Assembly (NCBI GenBank): GCA_043228905.1
Contig: JBHGNT010000012.1
Coordinates: forward strand, 20,398,001 to 20,462,000
Length of the DNA stretch: 64,000 bases
Source of the DNA: Azolla caroliniana
Taxonomy: Eukaryota > Plantae > Polypodiophyta
Reading direction: 5' to 3'
Position numbers and translations under genes: made by a program. The notes under the pieces are model-generated. The model saw only the letters and a list, made by a program, of their open reading frames with translations, was not told where the DNA came from and made no database searches. Shown one piece after another: positions 33,301 to 46,947 of the stretch. The first letter of the stretch is position 1. Each line of letters starts with the position of its first letter.

Positions 33301-36300
33301 AATGTACCCGGAGAGAGATCCGGATGCAGGGACATATTTATGAATATGCTTGCCAAGGGCCCTTGCCGCTATATTTGTAAATAGCCCGAAAGTCATATGT
33401 GTATAAATATGACTTAGGGCAAACAGTTTTCGCTTGCTGCTAAGTTTTCTTGTTTTCACTTAGAGGGAGTGAAGAGAGCAGCCGAGAGCGAGAGATACGA
33501 AGAGGTCGTTGCCTCTGTGTATTACCGCCGCCTGTGGCGAAGACAGTGAGCTCAAGGTTGTTGCCTTGTAGCCTCACCATTGTACATCCCTGTTTGTAGT
33601 GATAATTGGAGTTTGAGGACTCCCGTGGTTTTTCCCATTTAGGGCTTTCCACGTAAAACATCCAGTGTACTCTTCTCTCTATTGTCTACGTGCATTTTGT
33701 ATTTTCCTGTTTTCTGTGAGTTAATCCTATTCCTCGGTTGTGGCCGAGCACTGTGTTCAACAATACCGATGCTGAAAACCGAATAGAATCCAACACCGAA
33801 AGCCGGACAACGCCGAAAGCAAAATAAGATGTCGGACACCTCACACCCAAGCTTGAGGGGCAGTACAAGGGAGAACTGAACATCAATCAAAGGAGGCCGA
33901 TCCAAGTTGAGCTTGAGGGGGCGTGTTGAGAAGCAAGCTCAACCTAGTCTAGTGTGTGAACATACCCTTTGAAAATCTATGAGCACTCAAAGGTCAAAAG
34001 TCATTGTTGGCATAAAAGGTCGATTCCTTCCACTTTGTATCCAAGTGTGAACTCTTCCAAAGAGTTAGGGCTTAGTATACAAACGATAACCTAACATTGT
34101 AAAGAGAGGGAGAGAGAGAACAAATGCAATAACTGAGCTTCCATTAAAGCTTAAACCGTGTCTATCTTATGTTATATCTTCTTGCCTCCACTCTGTGTAG
34201 TTTGCTGAACACATATGACAAGTCCTCACACACAGACATATACGTTTCCGCGCATACTCCATCAACAACTGGCATCAGAGCGACTTGCGGTTCGGTAGAA
34301 ACAAACAACAGAAAAGAAAAAAAAACAAGTTAGAAAAATCTCACTTTCAAAGAAGAACATGACTTCAACATCCGAAACAGGGGTGGAAATCAGAAAATTC
34401 GACGACAAAAACTTTGCCCTATGGATGGAGATGATGCAGGATGTGTTGATCATTAGAAGACAAGTCGAAGCCATTCGACACAGTGAAAAACCTACCTCAA
34501 TGACAACCAAAGAGTGGAGATCTACAAACAGAATTGCACGCTCCACCATCCGAATGCATCTGGCCAAAAATGTCTACTTCAGCATGACAAAAGAGACAAC
34601 ATCATTCTCACTATGGGAGAAGCTACAAGCCGTGTACGAGAAAAAGTTCTCATCTTCAAAATTGATTTTGATAAAACAATTGTTCAACATGAAGATGAGA
34701 GAGACCGATCCAGCTACCTCTCACATCAACACCTTCAGTCGGGTGTTGTCAAATTCTCCTCACAAGGGATTAACTTCGACGAAGAAGTTAAAGCCCTTGC
34801 CCTCCTATCGATCTTGCCGGCAAGTTGGGAGGTATTCTGCACGACATATGCCAATAGATTCTAAATCTGGATGAGACGATCGACCAAGTCCTCATTGAGG
34901 ACATTTGGCGAAAATTGATGGGACTCACCATCGATGAGTTAGCAGAAGCCCACCACTCGACCGAGTCGGTCAACCGATTGAGTCGATCAAGAGAACAAGC
35001 TGACAGATTCAGTCGACACCATAGTCGATCGAAAACGAGGGGAGACCGACAACGGTCAAAGTCAAGAACGGGCCAATCAGGTGAATTTTGCACACATTGC
35101 CGAAAAGTTGGCCACAATGTTTCCGACTGCTGGTCGATCAAGAGGAAAGAGAGTGGTCGGCGATCCAAGCGAAATCAAGGACGAACTGACTCGGACCACT
35201 CTCCGGTCGGCAATCAAATCAACGTTGCCGACACCTGATCTAGAAAAATTCTCTCCTTAGAGGATTCAATTATTGAAGAAGTCCTCTACAGTGGATTCTG
35301 GTGCCACATTCCACGTGACCCCCAACATCGAATGGTTTTCAAACTATTCGGCTGTCGCCAACGACACAGTCCGACTAGGCAACATGCAAGAGTGTAGAAT
35401 AGCAGGAGTTGGCAAAGTATCAATTCAACTGCCAAATGACAACACAATAATCCCGCACCAAGTCCGACATGTACCCGATCTGAAAAGGAGTCTGGTCTCC
35501 ATCTGCATGCTAGCGGAAGACGGGTATCGAACGACTCTAAGTGAGTCGGTATGGGTGATCAGCTGAGGAAATCTCAAAATCGGGAGCGGGCACAAGTACA
35601 ATAATTTGTACCCATTAATGGCGGTCAATCCAGAAGGGTCCGTGAATGTAGCTGAAAAGACTGACCCAAACCTATGGCATGGCCAACTTGGTCGTATGTC
35701 TCAAGCCGGACTCAATCGATTGATGGCTGTAGACTACATCCCGAAACTTCAAGCAAAGACAGACTGAACTATGAGCATTGTCGATCAGGAAACAGACCCG
35801 AAGTCTGCACTCTCTCCACTACGAGATGGTACGACAACCCCTAGAGCTCGTGCACACAGATATATGTGGGCCCATGCTAGAGCGATCACTAGGAGACTCC
35901 CGGTACTTCATCACTTTTGTAGATGATTGTACACGGAAGGTCTGGGCCTAATCCATTAGGTCCAAAGATGAATCACTCAAGGTCTTCACTCAGTGGATAT
36001 CCGAAGTGAAGAACCGCTCAAGATACATGGTGAAGACACTCCAATCTGACAATAGAGGTGAGTACACCTCCACAGCCTTCAAACAATACTTGTCCGACAA
36101 AGGGATCCGACATCAAAAGCATGTTCCCTTCGCACCCATGTAGAATGGGGTGGCTGAACGGATCAACCGAACGATCCAAGAGAGGATGACGACAATGCTG
36201 CAACAAGCTGAACTAAAGCTGGAATTTTGGGATGAGGCATTGCAGACGACCGTATACCTGGTAAATCTATCATCATCGAAAGAAATCAGGCTCGAAGTGC

Positions 36301-37445
36301 CACATACACTACAGACGGGCACACAACTGATCTACAATAGGCTCCGTATATTCAAATGCGAAGCCTACGCATTTATCCCTAGGGAGAAAAGGAACAAGTT
36401 GGCACCCCATGCGATGAAGTGCATATTTCTCGGTTATGGAACCGATGGGGACTTCGGCTACAGGCTATGGGACTCGGAGAACCGGAAACTGATTCGGAGT
36501 AGTGATGTAGTCTTCAATGAAGACACTATCTTCTGTCAACGGAACCAAAGGAAAATAGTTGGTAAAAAGGTGTCCTTCAAAGCCGATAGAGATGTCGTAG
36601 AAGGACCGTCCCACCAAGCCAAATCGGAGATTCGAAAAAAAGTCAAACTCGACCAAGCCGATAACATGCCTGCCGACTCCAAATCGGTAGGAGGTCCACT
36701 AGTTGAACTTGAAGACAAAGGCATCAAATACAAAAGTGATTCGACAAGAGTCGAACAAGACAAAGTCAACAAGATGTGATTTGGAAACAAACCCAAGTCA
36801 ACAAAGTCCATAGGAGAGGACAACATGACACCGTCTAAATCCCAAGACAGGGGCGAGTCACCTAATTGAACTCATGAACACAATTCAAGTAATGCCGATC
36901 GTCCGGTCGAGCCAATTGAAGAGTTCGAACCAACAAATTCGGCACTCAGGAGATCCAGACGAGTGAGAAGGCCTACAAAGTTTTATCAAACGGGCCTTGA
37001 CTATGTCAACTACACGGATGCAAGCGAACCAAGTACTTATGAAGAAGCTATAGCCACACCGGGTGCTGATACTTGCAAGAAGCAATCAAGCAGAGATCGG
37101 AAAGCTGAAGCGGAGTCTTCATGACTAGTTTGCGAAGAAGGAACTCGGACAAGCTCGTCACATATTGGGCATGAGGATCGAGCGAAATCGGACGACCAAG
37201 ACCCTCCGACTCTCCCAGTCCGACTATATTCGGAAGGTGTTGAAGCGCTTCAACATGGAGAATGTGAAGCCAACACCAACACCACCTCCGACGTCGATCC
37301 GACTATCGGACAGAGACTCTCCTTCAATGGACAAGGAGACAAAGCTTAATGGAAAGATGCCCTACGCATCAACCGTAGAAGTATCATGTACACAATGGTG
37401 GCGACTTGACCGGACCTAGCCTATGCCGTAGGGGTGGTCAGCTGA

Positions 37446-40410
37446 TGTCGTGAAGATTTCGAGCCATGGTGAGAAACCGGGGAATATCGGAAGAATCGGC
37501 GTAGTGCATCATGTGCACTTACCCTTGTAAAAATGTGTGAATAATAGGGGTGCCTTTATGGCGCCAAGTAGGAGTCAAGTCGGGACAAAGAATCCCATGT
37601 AAATCAGGATTTATCCCACATTGTAACGCATCCCTCTCCTTGTTCTATAAAAGGAAGGGAGGGTCCCTTGTAGAGGGGTTGCCCATTTTGAGTTAGGAGG
37701 GTATACCACTTAGGTCGAAAGGGTGTTAGTTCTTCTTCTTCTTCGTCGTCGTGTGGGTTGGGTCTTCATGACTGTTTAGGGTTTAGTCCGGTTCGGAGCT
37801 CGCATGTTCGAAGAGGTTTAGGCTCCTACCCTGTCTCCTGTGCAAGACCCCGCTCGGCGCGACGAGCCTGAGAGCTCCCCAATCGACGGCTTGGCAGCGG
37901 ACTGTTGTTGTAACGTAACCTACCTTGGTCCGGCTCGAAGCCGGAGTTGTATCTTGCTCTTGTAATATATATATATGTTTGGTTGTGCACACCGCGTCTC
38001 TAATGGTGTCGGTGTTTCTACCCCTTTTGTTTTCTGTACATAAGCGTCGGTGTAGCGTGCAAGCTCTCTCTCACTCACTCACTCTCACTCTCTCACTCTC
38101 TCTCTCGTGTTCGGTAGCCTCTAGTACGTGTCCGGAGTCGGTTTCTTGGCATCTCTCTCTTCCTTGTCCGAGACCCCTATGGTCCCGCCCCTTTCGACAC
38201 ACACTCGCGGAATACCGCGACATCATTGGTGAACCCGATGTGAAAGGCGGAAAGGGAGAATGGAGTTCGAAGAAGACGACTTCGCACAACTTTTTGTCGA
38301 AGCGGTGAGGGAGTTTGGATGAGCAACAACAAGTGGAAAGATCGAGGCCGCAAGTTGACGCCGAGGAGACGGACTTGCCCCACGAGATGGCAGAAGATCG
38401 GTACGACGGTGCCATGGGAGAGGGTGCGGAGCAAGCGACCCTCTCAACTTGCGGAGAAAGACCGTCCAAGGAGGAGGTTGAAAGGGCACACCTGAAAGCA
38501 GATCAGAAGACGTGTGTGTGGCCATGGAGGGCCAAAGCAAAGCACGGGTACAGAATGACGTTCGGCACAGGCGGTGCCGAACAAGGAAGGCGGAAGATGG
38601 GGCATGGCGGTGCCGGGAACGAGAGCACAGGTGCGTAACAGACTGCACGGATTGGAGACCAGAAACATGATCGAGGGCCGGAGAAGGATCCTCCACACCC
38701 ACTTCGGAGATCTCGGCAGCTCAGTGGTGTGACAAACCAAACCTGAGGTAACAAGCTAGTGGGGGTGAGGGGACGACGCCAAGTAGAAGGCTCCAAGCCG
38801 GTGGCAGCAGTGGAAGACGAAGGTGGCCAAGCGGGCTACTACGGGGTGTTCCTCGTACGCCGAGGACAACGGTATGTGGAGAAGCGACGATGCACGATAT
38901 GGTCGGACGAGGGCCGACGACGCGTGTATGGGAAGTAAACGGAGTTTGGCACGAGCGGAGCCGAACACGAGTAGGGGATGCACGGTACACAGAGGTGCCA
39001 GAGCGGGAATATAGGCGCGAAGATGGGTTGTCGGTCTAGGTGATCTCGCGTAGAAGGCCGAAGAGGGATCCTCCACACTAGTTCCGGAGACCTTGGCAGT
39101 TCGGCCGCCGTGCCAACGTAAGACCAAGGAGAAGGAAGGTGGCGGCAAGGGGACGAAGGCGGTGGAGATCAGCATAGAATGAGAATCGGGACGACACGAA
39201 GGTCGACGGAGGCGAAGCAGGCCATCACGGGTGCTCCTCGAACAGAGGACACTGCGTATCCGAAGGGACAAGAAGTGTGCAAGCGGTCCAAAGAAGGGCC
39301 AACAGGAAGCACGCGCACTACGGGATCGCGGTGAATGGCCTATCGACGGGTCGAACAAGCCTACGGGGATCCAAACGTGGAGAAGGAACCGGAGCCGACG
39401 GTTCGGACCGGCGAGGCCAACGCGCAGCCGGAATGCGGATTATGGAAGACCGGTTCCTCACCAGCTGAAATCTCTCACCCTTCTCTGGACTTGGCACATA
39501 TCGGTGGACGTGCGGTTTGGTGGGGGCAGATTCCGGGCCATGGTGAGAAATTGAGGAATATTGGAAGAATCGGCACAGTGCATCATGTGCACTTACCCTT
39601 GTAAAAACGTATGAATAATAGGGGTGCCTTTATGGTGCCGAGTAGGAGTCAAGTCGGGACAGAGAATCCCATGTAAATCGGGATTTATCCCACATTGTAA
39701 TGCCGAGTAGGGAGGGTCCTTTGTAGAGGGGTTACCCATTTTGAGTTAGGAGGGTATACCACTTAGGTCGAAAGGGTGTTAGTTCTTCTTCTTCTTCTTC
39801 TTCTTCTTCGTCGTCGTTTGGGTTGGGTCTTCATGACTATTTAGGGTTTAGTCCGGTTTGGAGCTCGCATGTTCGAAGAGGTTTAGGCTCCTACCCTGTC
39901 TCCTGTGCAAGACCCCTCTCGGTGCGACGAGCCTGAGAGCTCCCCGATCGACGGCTTAGCAGCGAACTGCTGTTGTAACGTAACCTACCTTGGTCCGGCT
40001 CGAAGCCGGAGTTGTATCTTGCTCTTGTAATATATATATATATGTTTGGTTGTGCACACCGCGTCTCTAATGGTGTCGGTGTTTCTACCCCTTTTGTTTT
40101 CTGTACATAAGCGTCGGTGTAGCGCGCAAGCTCTCTCTCTCTCACTCTCTCTCTCTCGTGTTCGGTAGAGTCTAGTACGTGTCCGGAGTCGGTTTCTTAG
40201 CATCTCTCTCTTGCTCGTCCGAGACCCCCATGGTCCCGCCCCTTTCGACACGCACTCGTGGAATACCGCGACATCATTGGTGAACCCGATGTGAAAGGCG
40301 ACAAGGGAGAATGGAGCTGGAAGAAGACGACTTCGCACAACTTTTTGTCGAAGCGGTGAGGGAGTTTGGACGAGCAACAACAAGAGGAAAGATCGAGGCC
40401 GCAAGCTGAC
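37446..40410 (+). mobile_element. Non-autonomous LTR element (TRIM/LARD-like) in LTR-internal-LTR-internal tandem form, Trp PBS
   Basis: LTRs 37446-38222 and ~39531-40273, each followed by tcat-tggtgaacccgatgtgaa. PPT tggtgggggcaga before the second LTR. No RT or IN motifs in the ~1.3-kb interior. Confidence 0.88.
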
Positions 40411-41428
40411 GTAGCTGATTTTGGTTTGACAACCTCAGCCGAAGTGAAAGGCTACACTGACTCCAACTATGCCGGCAATATGGACAATCGGAAGTCAACA
40501 TCAGGCTATATTTTCACCTATGGTAGCAGTGCTATATCATGGAGGTCAAAACTTCAAGAGTGCACGGACTTGTCGACCACAAAGGCCGAGTACATAGCAG
40601 CATCAGAGGCAGCAAAAGAAGCGATTTGGTTGCTGCACTGACTGACTGCCGATTTCTTAGTTACAAGCTGAAATGACCAACCACACCTGACCATCTATTG
40701 CGACTCATTGAGCGCAGTACACCTCATCAACAATCTTGTCTATCACGCGAAGACAAAGCATATTGAGGTGTGTTATCATCACATCCGGGAGCTCATAACC
40801 GAGAAAAAGCTCAAAGTCTGGAAGATTGACACCGAGGTGAATATCGTTGATTGCCTGACGAAGCCACTCCCATATCAATGCTTTGGAACACTAAGGACAA
40901 AGATGGGACTTTGACATGCGACCGAGCAGAAGAAGGCCGAACAAGGAGCAAAAGGTAAGTCGAACCGATCGACTCAGCCAAGTCAATTTGATTAACTAGC
41001 CGAACCAGGATAGACATTGAACACATCTCTGCCGACTCAGCCACATGCCGACTGACTTGTAAATATAAATTTAGATTAATTTTTTAATTTAGGTTTATAG
41101 GGGAGATAACCCCAAACACTTGTACATGCAGGAAAGAGTAGTCCTTTTACGGGGGAGTTTGTTGGCATAAAAGGCCAACTCCTTCCACTTTGTATCTGAG
41201 TGTGAACTCTTCCAAAGAGTTAGGGCGTAGTATATAAATGATAACCTAACGTTGTAAAGTGGCTTCACCTTCTTGATCATCTTGTATCTTCCATTAAACC
41301 TAACGAGAGAGAGAGAGAGAGAGAACAAATGCAATAACTGAGCTTCTATTAAAGCTTAAATTGTGTCTATCTTTTGTTATATCTTCTTGTCTCCATTACG
41401 TGTAGTTTGTTGAACACATACGATAGGT

Positions 41429-41431
<3 letters not shown>

Positions 41432-41492
<61 letters not shown>
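41432..41492 (+). repeat. (CA)n microsatellite expanded in the 3' LTR
   Basis: About 30 CA units; only a short run in the 5' LTR near 34227. Confidence 0.9.
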
Positions 41493-41496
<4 letters not shown>

Positions 41497-41712
41497 CCGT
41501 GCATATTCCCTCAACAGTCACCAGTACTCTCTACACATTAACTATGTGTCATAGAATCATATTCTATGACACATAACTAATGAGTTCCATATTCCCCATG
41601 ACTAATGCCTCTTCACATTCCCTAAGGTTCTAGAGAGAAAGTGGGTGTTATAGTGAGTTAATGAAGGTGACCTTATATAAAAGCACCCTCCTACTTTATA
41701 TAGTGTCGATTG

Positions 41713-44700
41713 TGTTAGGAAACATGTCCCTCCGGATGGGAAGTAAGAAGAATTCGGAAATCGGGGAGATAGCCAACACGGAAGGCTAAACTTGTAAATA
41801 GTCGAAAGGTATATAAGTACTTAGGGCAATCATGTTAGATGTTTGCGTTATTGTAAAGTTATTGTTGACGAGGTTGTTGCCTCTGTAACTGTGAGAGTGA
41901 ACGAGTGTGAGTGGAAGCATGTGAGCTCCATAGCCGCCTGTTGGTGAAGCAGGATCTTGAGGTCGTTGCCTTTGAGATCTCTGATTGTATTCCTTTCTCT
42001 CATAGTGTTCTGTTCGGAGTTTGTAGACTCCACGTGGTTTTTTTCCCAGTTCGGGTTTCCACGTTAAAATTTGTGTCATTCTCAGTTTCTGTATTTTGTT
42101 TTTCCTTTCCATTAGATCGACTATTATTCCGCACACGTACAACTGGTTGTGGCCGGCAACGATTTACACTTCAAACTGGTATCAGAGCAAGCAACACAGA
42201 AAATGGAAGGAGGCGGGAGCGGCTTCCCAGGTATGATGGTTCTAAATTCACAGAACTATGCAGATTGGAAGATTAAGATGGAAGACCTTCTCATTGTAAA
42301 AGACCTGTATGAGCCAATCGACAGATCAGAAATACCAAAGGGGGTATTGGAGTCGGATTGGAAGCTTCTGAATAGCAAAGCCGTGGCCACTATCCGACAG
42401 TGTGTCGACGGAAGTGTCCTTCAGCACGTGGCAAACGACACGAATGCCCAAGAGATGTGGCAGAAGCTGTCGAGTCTTTATGAGAGGAAGAATGCGCTCA
42501 ACAGAACCTCATTGATGAGGAAAATAGTAAACCTAAAATACAGCGACGGTGAGAGCATGGTTGAACACGTAAGCACATTCATGGGGTATGTAAATCAACT
42601 TGCAGCGATCAAGTTCCCTTGTATGATGAAATGCAGGCAATCATGTTGATGTGTACGTTACCGGAAAGCTGGGAGAACTTGGTGGTTACTCTTAGCACCT
42701 CCTACCAAGAAGAGAACTTGTCTTTGCAGACGGTGAAGACAAGCATCCTTAACGAGGAGGCGCGTTGGAAGGACAAGGAACCGATTCTCGACTCAAAAGC
42801 GCTCCTTTCCGAATTGGAATGTGGAAGACAAAGGAACCGGAGTCCCTAGAACCGGGAAAAATCGGGAACACGGTCAAAGTCAAGGGGGAGGCCCACGTGC
42901 TTCTACTGCGGGAAGCCAGGGCACTTCCAGAAGAACTGTCGGCATTTCTGGAAAGACAAGGAAACCGACAGTACCGATTCGAAGAAGTCACCGGAACGAA
43001 ATGATGCTTATCGAGGAGCCACGGACCGAAACGGTTCGGATCGGCGAGTGCGGGACCGGAAAGGAACGACGGCAATCGCGGCAAGTGAAGAGGAGCTAAT
43101 GCTCATCACCGAGGAGAGTGAACTGAAACCTTGCCGGCGACGAGATGACCTGGGTGGTCGATTCCGGAGCGTCGTTCCACCTGACCCCGGATAGAAAATG
43201 CTTCTCATTCTACTCGGCCGGTGACCACGACCGTGTTCGAATGGGGAATGAAGGTACATGCCGAATTGTCAGCATAGGAGATGTGTGGTTGACGACATCA
43301 ACCGGATGCAAGATGTTGCTGAATGATGTCCGACATGTTCCGGAGGTTCGATTGAACCTAATATCAGCCCGTCGGCTAGATGATGAGGGCTACATGGGTA
43401 GCATCAGGAACGGTGTTATGAAGTTCAGCAAAGGGAGCCTGATTATGGCTCAGGCCCGGAAAGTCAACACTCTGTACCTGATGAATGCCCGGTTATGTCT
43501 GGAGGAAGTGAACATGGCATCCAACACTGCCGGTGAGCTATGGCACAAGAGGCTGTGTCACATGAGCGAGAAGGGGATGAAGAGGCTTGTAGACGACAAC
43601 CTCATTACAGTAAAGAACGTGCACTTGGAGAAGTGCACTGATTGTCTGGCCGGTAAACAAAACCGGACCTCCTTCCGATTGAGGCCACCGATGAGACGTA
43701 ATGCACCACTGGAGTTGGTGCATACTGATGTGTGTCAAGTGGACACTAAGTCACATGCCGGATTGCAGTACTTCGTGACGTTCATAGATGACCAAAACTG
43801 GAAGCTGTGCCACACCGTTGAAGACGAAGGATCAGGTGTTATCCGTCTTCAAAGAGCTCCACGCGAGAGTGGAAAGAGAAACCGGCCGGAAGTTGAAGGT
43901 GGTTCGAGCAGATAATGGAGGAGAATACCGGGGGCAGTTCGAGGAGTACTACCGCTCGAAGGGAATCCGGCTCGAATTTACCGTGCCGAAGACGCTGGAA
44001 CTAAACGGGTTGGCCGAGAGGATGAACCAGACCATAATGGAGAGGGTCCGGAGTATGCTGGCGCATGCAAAATTACCCAAGACGTTTTGGGCTGAGGCAC
44101 TATCGATGGCGACATATATGATAAACAGATCACCCTCAGTACCCTTGGGCAGGGACACGCTGCAGAGAGTCTGGACCGGTAAGGAAGTGTCCTACCGGCA
44201 TCTGAAGGTATTTGGGTGCCTTGCGTACATGCATGTAGCTAAGGACCAGAGAGGAAAGTTAGATCCGAAGACCCGGCCATGCATAATCCTCGGTTACGGC
44301 GACGATGAGTTCGGCTACCGAATATGGGACCCGGTCGACAAGAAAGTATTCCGGAGTCGAGATATTATCTTCATGGAGGACAAGACGCTCGCCGACTGGG
44401 AGTCGGAGAAGAAGATAATGAACTCCGAGTCGACCGGTAAGGAAAAATTTCGACTTGATGAAATGCAGTCCCAACCGACAAGAAGCCGGTTAGCACTCGA
44501 TGAACCGGCCGGTGACGGTGAGGAGACAAAACCGGCTGAAGAAGAAGGAATAGGTGAAACCGAAACCGGACAAGACCCTGAATCGGATTCGGATGAAGAG
44601 CAAATGGAGGAGCCGGTTACCGAAGCCCAAGGACACAGATATCCTCTCAGAGAGAGAAGGCCCCCCCGAAGATTTCCGGATCTAGAGCACGTGTTGCTAA

Positions 44701-46757
44701 CCGATGAGGGGGAGCCAGAAAGCTTCGAGGAAGCTAAAAGTGACGCCCATAGCCGAAAATGGTTAAGTGCCATGCAAGATGAGATGGATTCCCTGCATGA
44801 GAACCATATGTACAGATTGGTGGAGTTGCCGAAAGGAAAGCGGGCACTCTGAAACAAGTGGGTGTACAAGTTGAAACCGGGAGATGCCGGCAAGCCCCCG
44901 AGATACTAAGCCAGGATCGTGGTGAAGGGGTTCCAGCAGAAGAAGGGTGTGGACTTCAACGAGATATTTGCCCCGGTAGTAAACATGACGTCCATCCAGA
45001 CGGTGTTGAGTATAGTGGCAAGCATGGACCTCGAGGTAGAGCAGCTGGACATGAAGATGACATTCCTTCACGGTGACCTCGAAGAGGAGATCTACATGCA
45101 ACAACCGGAAGGATTCGTGGAGAAAGGGAAGGTGCACCTGGTTTGCCGGTTGAAGAAGAGCCTGTACGGACTGAAGCAGGCTCCCCAACAATGGTACCGG
45201 AAGTTCGACTCCTTCATGACCGACCAAGGGTATCACAAAACGCAAACCGATCACTGCGTGTTTGTGAAGAAGTTCGAAGGAGGCGACTTCCTGATACTCC
45301 TTCTGTACATGGACGACATGTTGATCGTCGGACGGGACCAAGCCTAAATACGGATGCTAAAGAAGGCTCTCAACCGAACTTTCTCAATGAAAGACTTGGG
45401 CCCGATAAGACAGATATTGGGGATGCACATCATCCGGGACCGGTCAGAGAAGAGATTGTGGTTGTCACAGGAGAAATATGTGACAAAGGTGCTTCAGCGG
45501 TTCAACATGTTAGAAGCGAAACCGATCGGATCGACACTCCCAGCAAACTGCAGACTATCTGGTAAGCAAAGCCCGAAGAAGAAAGCAGAGAAGGCGGATA
45601 TGGTGAAGGTTCCATATGCCTCTGCCGTCGGGAGCTTAAAGTACGCAATGGTGTTTACTCGACCAGATATTGGATACATAGTCAGAGTGGTGAGCCGGTT
45701 TATGAGCAATCCCGACAAGGAGCACTGGAACGTGGTCAAATGGATACTCTGGTACTTGAAGGGTACTTCGAATATGAGTCTCCAATTCGGCTCCGGTAAA
45801 CCTCAACTTGACGGTTTTACCGATTTGGACATGTCGGCTGATGTAGATACCAATCGATCTACATCTGGGTATGTAATGACATATGCAGGGGGAGCTGTTT
45901 CGTAGCAGTCAAGGCTGCAGAAGACGGTTGCATTGTCAACCACGGAGGGGGAGTACATGGCGGTTGTTGAAGCCGGCAAGGAAATATTATGGATGAAGGA
46001 CTTCATCGGTGAGCTCGGTATCTGGCAAGATGAATACCGGCTCTATTGCGACAGTCAAAGTGCCATCCACCTTGCTAAGAACGCAGCGTACCATTCCAGG
46101 ACGAAGCACATCCAATGTAGGTATCACTGGATCCGGGAGCGAGTAGAAGATCGAGAGTTCGCATTGACGAAGATCCACATGGCTGAGAACAGGTCAAATA
46201 TGCTGACCAAAGAACTGATCCCCGACAAGTTGGATGCATGTCGGAAGCGGATCGAACTAGTAAGACATCCCATGACGGAGTGAAGGGGGAGTTTGTTAGG
46301 AAACAGGTCCCTCCGGATGGGAAGTGAGAAGAACCGAATCTGGAAATCGGGGAGATAGCCAACACGGAAGGCTAAACTTGTAAATAGTCGAAAGGTATAT
46401 AAGTACTTAGGGCAATCATGTTAGATGTGTGCATTATTGTAAAGTTATTGTTGACGAGGTTGTTGCCTCTGTAACTGTGAGAGTGAACGAGTGTGAATGG
46501 AAGCATGTGAGCTCCATAGCCGCCTGTTGGTGAAGCAGGATCTCGAGGTCGTTGCCTTTGAAATCGTTGACTGTATTCCTTTCTCTCATAGTGTTCTGTT
46601 CGGAGTTTGTGAACTCCATGTGGTTTTTTCCCAGTTCGGGTTCCACGTTAAAATCTGTGTCATTCTCAGTTTCTGTATTCTATTTTTCCTTTCCATTAGA
46701 TCGACTATTATTCCGCACACGTACAACCGGTTGTGGCCGGCTATGATTTACACTTCA
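41713..46757 (+). mobile_element. Full-length defective Ty1/Copia, internal region closely related to 28424-33762
   Basis: LTRs 41713-42173 and 46294-46757; TSD gattg; Met PBS at 42177-42188; gag-pol 42203-46283 with several stops and frameshifts. Confidence 0.95.
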
Positions 46758-46947
46758 GATTGTTGCTTGTAATGCTACATTTTTGTACTACATATTCTCC
46801 TTGTTAATATACACCTTCTTCTTGATGACTTCATTTTCTCTTATCTATCTTGTGCCTCTCTTCTCTCCTTTCCTCTCCTCTTCACACACACACACACACA
46901 TAACATGCATCTCTTCCGCTGCACAGAATCATATCTGATTCTTTACA

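Larger units (their letters stand above)
28424..33762 (+). mobile_element. Young full-length Ty1/Copia (Tnt1/Tto1-like) with uninterrupted ORF
   Basis: LTRs 28424-29017 and 33132-33762 (about 5 substitutions plus a 37-bp indel). TSD atacc. Met PBS tggtatcagagc at 29020-29031. PPT aagggggag at 33121-33129. Confidence 0.97.
34005..41516 (+). mobile_element. Decayed Ty1/Copia with RT core deleted; host of the non-autonomous element
   Basis: LTRs 34005-34267 and 41160-41516; TSD gtcat/gtcac; PBS tggcatcagagc; Gag from 34359 (IRKFDDKNFALW); CTHCRKVGHNVSDC; VDSGAT; IN; RH at 40440-40914. Confidence 0.9.
28036..46947 (+). mobile_element. Older internally deleted Copia of the same family, split by three insertions
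   Basis: IN-RT linker at 28036-28340 resembles 18715-18950. 3' UTR at 28340-28423 and 33768-33923. Its LTR survives in pieces: 33924-34004, 41517-41712, 46758-46947. Confidence 0.7.

Noticed and set aside
38223-39530. env-like or extra gene in the non-autonomous element
   Set aside because: Only short Arg/Ser/Pro-rich ORFs, with no signal peptide, transmembrane segment or domain.
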